Positions 52,093 through 64,000 of a stretch of 64,000 nucleotides of DNA are shown one piece after another (position 1 is the stretch's first letter; every line of letters begins with the position of its first letter). The DNA is from Haliotis cracherodii (Eukaryota). The notes under the pieces are model-generated. The model saw only the letters and a program-made list of their open reading frames with translations. It had not been told where the DNA came from and made no database searches. Location of the stretch: assembly GCF_022045235.1 (NCBI RefSeq), contig NW_027266265.1, positions 30,876,001 through 30,940,000 of the forward strand, written 5' to 3'. Position numbers and translations under genes: made by a program.

Positions 52093-52258
52093 CAGTCGAA
52101 CTTCATTATGTCGAACTTGAATGTGTCGAATTCCTGGTTGTTTCGAATTCATTATGTAGAGTCCAAATTAAGCCTAAAAGTCCCCTGATGCTTCGTACCA
52201 CGGATAACTCGTACTTCTTTACAGGTACTCGCGAGTTCGAAACAACGAGGTTCGACTG
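52093..52258. mobile_element. Tc1/pogo (Tigger-like) MITE
   Basis: TA|CAGTCGAACTTCATTATGTCGAACT...AGTTCGAAACAACGAGGTTCGACTG|TA: about 25-bp TIRs with a TA target-site duplication. Confidence 0.85.
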
Positions 52259-52437
52259 TAGTTAATTGCACATACATAATCCTTGCAGCAAAACAAATGA
52301 AGAAAAGATGATAATTTGGATAAATTTATTCAGCCATTTTTTTTAGTTCAGTTTCACTGGTAATCATTTTATTCTTTCAACAATAACACGAAATCAAGTT
52401 GCATGATTTCAGTCATAGGTTATGCAATGAAAGTCAT

Positions 52438-54485
<2,048 letters not shown>

Positions 54486-54554
54486 GGTGCCTTTTTTACT
54501 TGACGATGACGCTGTACTCACTGGGACGTTTAGGAGTCTAGGGAGACGACGTGT

Positions 54555-54641
54555 AGAATGTTTGGCAGACAAACCGTGTATATATATATAAAGGGAGACC
54601 CGGAGCGCGTTGCTAACCATGTGACCACAAAAACGTGCACA
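54555..54641 (-). promoter_or_regulatory. Core promoter of tubulin A: TATA-like run plus upstream 34-bp conserved module
   Basis: TATA run at about 54579-54592, a CATTC initiator-like site about 25 nt downstream on the minus strand, and a module at 54608-54641 that recurs upstream of tubulin B. Confidence 0.6.
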
Positions 54642-55309
54642 TATTGGACAGAGTTGGGTTACCAAGGACGCTACTCACATACACATTATAACAGAACATT
54701 TGTAATGACTTTACACATTTTGAAAGCGTCTTTTCAGAGAACCGAAACGTTATTGAAACGTATTCATAACACCCTACAGCATATATATACATTGAAGTGA
54801 ACAGAAAGCCACCGTCGATGTTATTTCCAAACACGTGAGCACATAGTTCGTATTTAGCCTCTCGAACCGCTTTATCGAAATGTGTTTTGCAACAAGTCAA
54901 CTCATATCATAATATGTGTCTCCTTCGATTTTAAGACGTGGGCGATGTTTGCATTTGCACAATGGTATTGGACCACGAGTTAGTCAGCATGCAATGATCA
55001 GTTCGTTTGTTCGAATTAACCACAAATTATATTTGTAGAAAATAACTAGTGATCGAGATGCACAATGAACTTGTTATAAATCTAGACAATTATACATGTG
55101 TCAGTTAGGATAAATCAGCGGGTCCTGTGGAACGTTGTCTTTACATTTCATTTTGTATAGATTGTTAACTAATGATATATTGCGTGAGCATTGTATAAGT
55201 GTATTCATATGTATGTCAACTTACATTTTAAGAAACAAACTGTCATTTCACAGAGAAGAAACTTTGAAAATTGTTTACAAATTGATTGTCTCTCTCTCAA
55301 TATCTCTCC

Positions 55310-55790
55310 AATTCACTGACGCACTGACTCACGCACGCACCCACCACCCACCCATCAACCCCTCTACCAAACACACTAACACCTGTCCACAAAAACACCC
55401 GCTCACACAACTATCAGTCACCAACCCATCCATCCACACTCACACTCACACTCACTCACCCAAACACTCACTCGAACCAGCAACCAAGATTACCCGCCAC
55501 CCCCCCCCCCCCCCCTCCCCCCAACCTAATGATAATAATCAAATGACTTTCCCTCAATATTTAACTCATTCACTGACTCACGCATTCACGCATTCACGCA
55601 TTCACGCACCCACCTCGCAATCCACACACTCACACACTCCTTCACTTACACACACACTCACTCAACCACTCAGTCACCCACCCACCAACCCGCCTACGCA
55701 TCCACCAAATGACTCACTAAAGCACTCAAACACTCACGCAAACATTTACTCAAACATTCACTCAAACATTCACTCAACCACCAACCACGA
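55310..55790. repeat. Low-complexity (CACT/CACC)-rich tract with a poly-C run
   Basis: Seen directly; it accounts for ORF 55135-55809. Confidence 0.85.
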
Positions 55791-56225
55791 TAATGAACCC
55801 AAAATATAATGATAGCATGTAATGTTTCCGGGAAGGGAAAATTACAATTCAGTACTTGGCATATATATATATTTATTGTATTAGGAAGATACTTCGGGTG
55901 TCATCTGCTTGAGGGAGCACAGAGGTTTTTTATGAGATTATTGGTGAGTTTTCTTTGTCCTGTCATATGATTGTATTTGTTGTTTGTTTGCAAGTGAATT
56001 GAAAGTTTCATCGGTACGATAATATTATGTAGATAATTGGTATTTAGACCTGTTAGCGCTTAGTTTTTTCTTGTCACTATCGGCTGATTTTTTGGTTATT
56101 GATTGAACGTGACCTAATACTTAAATACGGACGCCAATATCAGGTTGATAGTATCACCTTAAGGATAAAGTGAGTCGTTGCAAGTATTGTGTTTTGTGTC
56201 TTGGTGCGTTATTTAGATTCATGGA

Positions 56226-56490
56226 GTGTGTGAGTGAGTGAGTGAGTGAGTGAGTGAGTGAGTGAGTGAGTGAGTTTAAACATCGCTTTGAACAGTATTT
56301 CAGTTTAATCACGGCGTGTCAGCTTGATGCGGGAGGTAAACCTAAAATTAGTCAGGTCCTGCGCGTCCCTTTGGTTTAAACCAACGAGCACGGGTAAGTG
56401 CTGACAAACTACGAAACACAATCAAGGCGAACAGGAAATTCGACACTTCGGTCATAGATTTCACGTCAAGGGGTCTGATGGTCGTTATCG
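56226..56490 (-). mobile_element. SINE family 3, degenerate copy with (GAGT)n tail
   Basis: tcacggcgtgtcagcttgatgcggga and gtgctgacaaact match the family. Confidence 0.6.
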
Positions 56491-56861
56491 CCGAAGCACT
56501 GACAGGAACAGTGAAACATCCAAGTTATAAAATGCATACCAAAGACTTACAAACAAGTGGGTTCCGCACTTTTTGATTATTTCATTGTGGGCGCTTCACC
56601 GTTTCAAAATTAGACCGATAGTTTGAAGGATGAAAGAAATATTTTTCCCCTTTTTGTGATTCATTTGTTTTGTATTGATGCATAGTGCATCCACCGAGTC
56701 CAGGAAAATGGTACTAAATAGATCATTCGAAAGTGTATGGTCATCTTGGTGCTCATTATTGAAGTAGCAGCATTTGCATCCTTGGGATGAAAATGTGTAT
56801 CTTAGTGACTTACATTTGCGAGTTAATCTCTTGTATACTAGTATTTGAGTGAAATTAAGAT

Positions 56862-57102
56862 TTGGTTGGTTGGTTTGTTGTTTAACGCCGCACTCAGCAA
56901 TATTCCAGCTATATGACGGCGGTCTGAAAATAATCGAGTCTGGACCAGACAATCCAGTGATTGACATCATCGATCCACGCAATTGGGATCGATGACATGT
57001 ATCAACCAAGTCAGCGAGCCTGACCACCCGATCCCGTTAGTCGCCTTTTACGACAAGCATGGGTTGCTTAAGACCTATTCTACCCCAGAATCTTCACGGG
57101 TC
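56862..57102 (-). mobile_element. SINE-like family 1, near-full-length copy
   Basis: Best-preserved copy, from the 5' GACCCGTGAAG to the ...GCGGCGTTAAACAACAAACCAACC tail. Confidence 0.88.
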
Positions 57103-58143
57103 TGAAAATTGAGAAATGTATTAAAATATTTATAAACACTTAGTATATCAAGTGACTTTCTTTTGGCCAGAAACAGTCCCCAATCGTTACTTTATTGCTA
57201 TAAATTAAACACTAATCAATTGCAAATCTGCCTCGTCAAATGTTTGACTTCAAATGTAAAATTAATGAAGTCCGGCTTAATGCAGGCAATAGTCTATGGT
57301 TAAAGAGAATGTTTGGTAGTTCCCATGGTGACTGTCAAAATGACGACAAAAGAGGGAAAACGATTCACTAGAGATTCAACCAGTACTGAAGGTAATACTA
57401 GTTCTGACAAGAATTGTACAGTGAACGTCTGTTTGGGGCATTTCCCGTTGTATTAAGGATTCACAGAAGGATTATTTTGACTGCCATACGGTAAATCAAG
57501 CATCCCATAGTTCATGATGTTAAGGTAGGGACATCCAAGGCTAGCACTATTGATTTTGTAGGGGATAGCAACTACTTTAAAAAGGAAACTATTAACCACC
57601 ACAGTGAATCAAAACGACCCATGAACTGATGAAACTAGGTACTTCGAGCTACATTGATAAACAAATGAATCAATAGTTTCATTGTTTTCAACATCACGAA
57701 TCACATTAGTCTGGCGAGTTTCTAATTCAGAAAGTTTTTCTAACAGTGTGCAGAGAGAAACTTTAGGATTTCTTTGGAAAATAATCTTCAGTCACAGTCC
57801 TTCAGTTGCGATTCTTACAGCTGAAGGTACGGAAAGGTACATCATAAGTTTGATCACAACAAAAATAATTATACAAAGCCCATGGAGTGGTCATTTGCCA
57901 TTCTAACCATATAAATGTTCGACTTCCTGTCCTATTATGAGAAATGTATCCCCACAATCAATAATGATTTTACGTCAAAAAGAGGATCAAATGAAGGCAA
58001 CTTAAAACGTTTATTACATTTATTCATTTATTTCAACATGGATGAGTATTGTCACATTGGCATTTCTTTTACTTTAATGGTTATGTCTTCCCTCTTCCAA
58101 AAATGTCACCAAATAAGTTATTTATAAGAGAGTCATTTCACTT

Positions 58144-60102
<1,959 letters not shown>

Positions 60103-60189
60103 GATGCTTTAGGATTTTATGACGCTGCACTCTCTGAGACGATTACGAGTCCAGGGAGACAAGACGAATGAGTGTTTGATAGACACAAG

Positions 60190-60240
60190 CTGTTCATATA
60201 GAGAGACGTTGCTAGTCATGTGACGACAAATACTTGCACA
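60190..60240 (-). promoter_or_regulatory. Core promoter of tubulin B: TATATG plus 34-bp module
   Basis: Minus-strand CTATATGAAC at about 60192-60201. The module at 60207-60240 sits in a similar position to that of tubulin A, and the 5' UTRs align (gacgctgcactctctgagacg vs gacgctgtactcactgggacg). Confidence 0.55.
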
Positions 60241-61339
60241 TTACTGGTCATGTACGGTGTTGCTAGTGACGCTAAACTGATGCACATATCAACTGCACAG
60301 ATTTAGAAACTTACAAAAGGCTTTATTCATTGAAGGAAAACTGTCATTGAATCTTATTCAAAATCCTGACAAAATATTCATGCATAACAGTTACACAACA
60401 ATGTTTCAGAGCAAGAGTGCAGAGGTGACAGGTGCGCGTTGCTAGTCATATGAAAACAAACAATTGCACACATTTATATATATAGCTCATATCACAGTGA
60501 CCTGACATCAATAAATGAAATTCCGTTGCAAAAATTCAAAGGCTTTTTGATATGCTAGTTTTACTTTTATGTCTGTGTTATGACTCCCCATAGAGAGACT
60601 GGTTTATAGAAAGTAATATGTGTATGGTGATATTTTAGTGTGGTAACCGGAGTACAAAATGAAATCTTTCTAAACATACGATAGATTAGCGATAGCTGTT
60701 ACCAACACCGAAAACGAAACGTCAAACATGCACTTGATAAAACACTTAAACATCATCCGCATCTAAACTCGAATTTCTCCACGTCATTGACGTCATCAAA
60801 CAATGAAGTCGGCTTATGCATCCACTTGACCCGCCTCGTAACAAAGAAAGAAACGTGCTTTAAAGTCAAGAACATGTCAGGGTTTTCATTTAACGACCAG
60901 AACAACTGTAGTAGACACTGTGGCGGGGCGGGGTACCCTCGCTTGACACGACCGCCTGGGCGCATGCATGTGATAATTTCATAGTGGTGCAGTGGACCCT
61001 CCTTTTCGTTGAGGTTTCGCTGGTGTGTGTGAGTGTGCATGCTATGTATAATATATTTAATACAAATGAAACAGGAAAATATGTTATAACTCTCAAAATT
61101 GTGCGTGAAATAACTGAGTATATTAAAATTGCCCTTAACCCAATAATACCCAATGAGTACAAATTACTTATGTATGCGTCCTCCAGAAAATCATTTTATA
61201 TTTGTGTACATAATGAACATACACATCTACGTATGAAAGAATATTTTGTTTATGTTTAATACGTCCATGTATCCTTTACACTGCTTATAGCGTCATGAGA
61301 GTAAAATGGTTCTGCCGTCATGAAGGGCGGCTTGTCAGG

Positions 61340-61946
61340 AAGTCAGCGACGCGCGTATAAATGACTGTTGGGACAGCCACATATGCAATAAAATAGCATA
61401 ATACAAAAGTCCAAAGATGAGCTGTATAAACATATTCTCCCTTTTGTTACAACCTTTAATCCCCCAAACCCGGAAATATTTGGAAGTGTTCGGGAAACAC
61501 TGTATTCCTTAAATAAGTGTAAAGAACTAAAACAAAAATTATAACAAAATAATAACTCATAAAAAGTGAAAGACAGAGCCAAAATCTGACACAGATTCTT
61601 ACTAGGGCTTCTTTCTCAAATGGAAAACAAGAATGAAAACAGTACAAAAGTGTAACACACCAAATTGTGGTACTTGCCCTCATGTTTACAATGTTATTCT
61701 TTTACATTCAAAGACGGAAAAACTTTCTATGTCCGTAAAAATATGAATTGTGCTTCAAAAAACTTGGTTTATGTCATACAATGTGTTGGATTCAAGGCCG
61801 AATACATTGGACAGACAGGGGACACCCTAAGAGCGAGAATGAGGGTCCACCGACAACAAATAAGGGACCCCTCTTGTCGGTGTATCCCACTCAGTCAACA
61901 CATTGATCAGTGTGCTGGGAATAAAACACCAAATTTTGTGATATTG
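61340..61946 (+). mobile_element. Penelope-like retroelement fragment (GIY-YIG endonuclease region)
   Basis: ILPFVTTFNPPNP, RQSQNLTQILTRA, then NCASKNLVYVIQC...EYIGQTGDTLRARMRVHRQQI (GIY-YIG); frameshifted and truncated at about 61946. Confidence 0.85.
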
Positions 61947-62479
61947 TAACCGGGTTTTGTGATGGCAAATACAAGGTCCAACACAGGCTACGGGTGTGAG
62001 TCTTTATTGCCTTAGTAGATAACAATGACACCCTGTAATGTACAAACAATAAGATTATAAAAACAGTAGTACACAGGTTTCATACACACATATATTAATA
62101 CAATACAAAGCGACCTTTCATTTAATATAAACATAGTCTATATTCATTACATCAACATGAACTTAATAATCAATTAAAGCTGCAAGCAGCAATGGCGGGC
62201 TCCAAGAAACACTGTGCCCAAACGTCCATGTTCGAATCCTCAAAGGGTTTCCTTGAACCAAATCCGTCAAATGTAGGCACCGCTTGCAGGGTATCGTCGC
62301 AAGGAAAATGGCGTGTGCCAGAGTGTCCAGGTCTGTTCTAAAACCATTTCCGACCTCGAACATGTTCGAATCCATAAAAGGTTGGCTTGTGAAAACTCTG
62401 TCAAAAGATAGTCACCGGAAATCGCCGCTACGAAATTGGCGTGTTCCAGGGGTGTCCCAAATATAAATCAAATATAACC

Positions 62480-63166
62480 ACTAAGCGGTGTTACTTTTAG
62501 CATACAACCAATAACAATAAATGAGATGCATATGGCACACTTACTTCATGTAAACTTGCAATAGTTTCTGTGGAGAACCTTACAAGATATGATCTTTAGA
62601 GCAAAATTTCGTTGAAAAAAATGATCAAAATCAAAATTCAATACGGCCGTAACTAAAAAAGAATTCCAAAATCGGCTACTTAGTTTTGATGTGTTATGTA
62701 TGGAGATAATTATCAAAAAGTTTGAAAGCATTTCATGCAGTGGACTCGGAGTTCTTTGCGTTTAAAGACAGGTACCCAAAAAAACACAGTGGAAACCTTG
62801 AATCCATAATGGCTGCCAAACCACGTGACCATTGACCAAAGTCAAAGAACAAAAAATGTCAAGCAGCTCAAGCAGCAGATACATGCAAGGTTTCAAAGTA
62901 ATCGGATAAGCGGTTGCTGAGCAATAGGGCGAAACATATCTTCAAAATATTCTGTTCTTTTAGTTATCTGCCCTTGGCTTTTGGGCCTACGGCCTTGGGT
63001 TTTTGGAGGGCACTAGTACCCAACGGTCCACATACACACACAAAATGTGAACAAAATCGAGACAGTGGTTATTTTTCTAGCTCTGGTACAAAAATCGGCG
63101 GAATAATAATGATATTAAATCAAACGCTAACACTGACACTCTTCAGCCTTTCGGCTTGGTGACTCT
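62480..63166 (+). mobile_element. Helentron-associated (HINE/DINE-like) non-autonomous element inserted in the satellite-bearing region
   Basis: Typical subrepeats (aatccataatggctgcc, cacgtgacc, tttcaaagtaatcggataagcgg) and a 3' hairpin cagcctttcggcttgg after (AAT)n. Family assigned by recall only. Confidence 0.45.
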
Positions 63167-63279
63167 TTAACAGGCCGTAACTTCTTTGTCAGTTGGGCTC
63201 CAGTCAAACAGATTAGCGTTCTGCGTTCGTCCGGGTCCCGGGTTCCTGTCGCATTGTTGAGATAAAGTGCTAAACCTGT

Positions 63280-64000
63280 TCCCCACCTCGTTCATATTCG
63301 AATCCTCAAAGGGTTTACCTGTACCAACGCCGTCAAATGTAAAGAACCTCTTGTGAGACATCACCACTACTAAATTGACCTGGGTGTCCCAGGATGTTTT
63401 AACCAATTTCCAACTTCGACCATGTTCGAATCCTCAAATGGTTTGTTTGTACCAATACAATCAAATGTAAGGAACCACTTGCATGACATCGCCACATGTG
63501 TCCCAGTGTGTTCTTAACCCATGTTTGACTTCGACCATGTTCGAATCCGCATATGGTTTGCTTGTACCAACGCCATCAAATGTAGTGAACCACTTGTGAG
63601 ACATCACCACACGTGTCCCAGTGTGTTCTTAACCCCTGTTTGACTTCGACCATGTTCGAATCCCCAAATGGTTTGGTTGTACCAACGCCATCAAATGTAA
63701 TAAACCGCTTGTGAGACATCACCACACGTGTCCCAGTGTGTTCTTAACCCATGTTTGACCTCGACCATGTTCGAATCCCCAAATGGTTTGGTTGTACCAA
63801 CACCGTTAAATGTAATAAACCGCTTGTGAGACATCATGAAATGTGTCCCAGTGTATTCTTAACCAATGTTTGCCTTCGACCATGTTCGAATCCGCACATG
63901 GTTTGCTTGTACCAACTCCATCAAAAGATAGTCACGGTTTGCAGGACATTACCGCTACCAAATTTACGTGTGCCACAGTTTCCCAGAGTGTAATAAACCA
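63280..64000. repeat. 115-bp tandem satellite (5+ copies, near the window end)
   Basis: (T/C)TCGACCATGTTCGAATC recurs at 63415, 63530, 63645, 63760 and 63875. Degenerate, longer units lie at about 63285 and 62225-62460. Confidence 0.9.

Noticed and set aside
55135-55809. 224-aa His/Thr/Pro-rich ORF
   Set aside because: Translation of a (CACT)n/poly-C low-complexity tract.

Overview
Eukaryotic, intron-rich, AT-rich animal DNA. The repeat families and genes suggest a marine mollusc, probably a gastropod such as abalone (inference). There are four protein-coding genes in two tandem pairs. Two 13-coding-exon SLC6 (neurotransmitter:sodium symporter family) transporter paralogs lie on the + strand (CDS 4343-22046, 610 aa; CDS 27663-43398, 602 aa). 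Two 3-exon alpha-tubulin paralogs lie on the - strand (52438-54485; 58144-60102; 451 aa each). The rest is SINEs, LINE/Penelope/mariner/Harbinger relics, MITEs and mini/microsatellites. Main observations: (1) the acceptor and first 45 nt of exon 12 of SLC6 paralog 2 are tandemly amplified into 28 extra copies, mostly 68 bp, most reading as an in-frame AG-[45 nt]-GTCAGT micro-exon separated by 23-nt GT..AG spacers; (2) a SINE-like family without a full tRNA head starts at a fixed 5' end that folds into a pseudoknot with compensatory base changes between copies (candidate ribozyme or structured RNA); (3) both SLC6 proteins lack the two Na1-site asparagines, and paralog 2 also lacks the invariant TM3 tyrosine; (4) the tubulins show gene-conversion tracts and share a 34-bp fixed-spacing promoter module.
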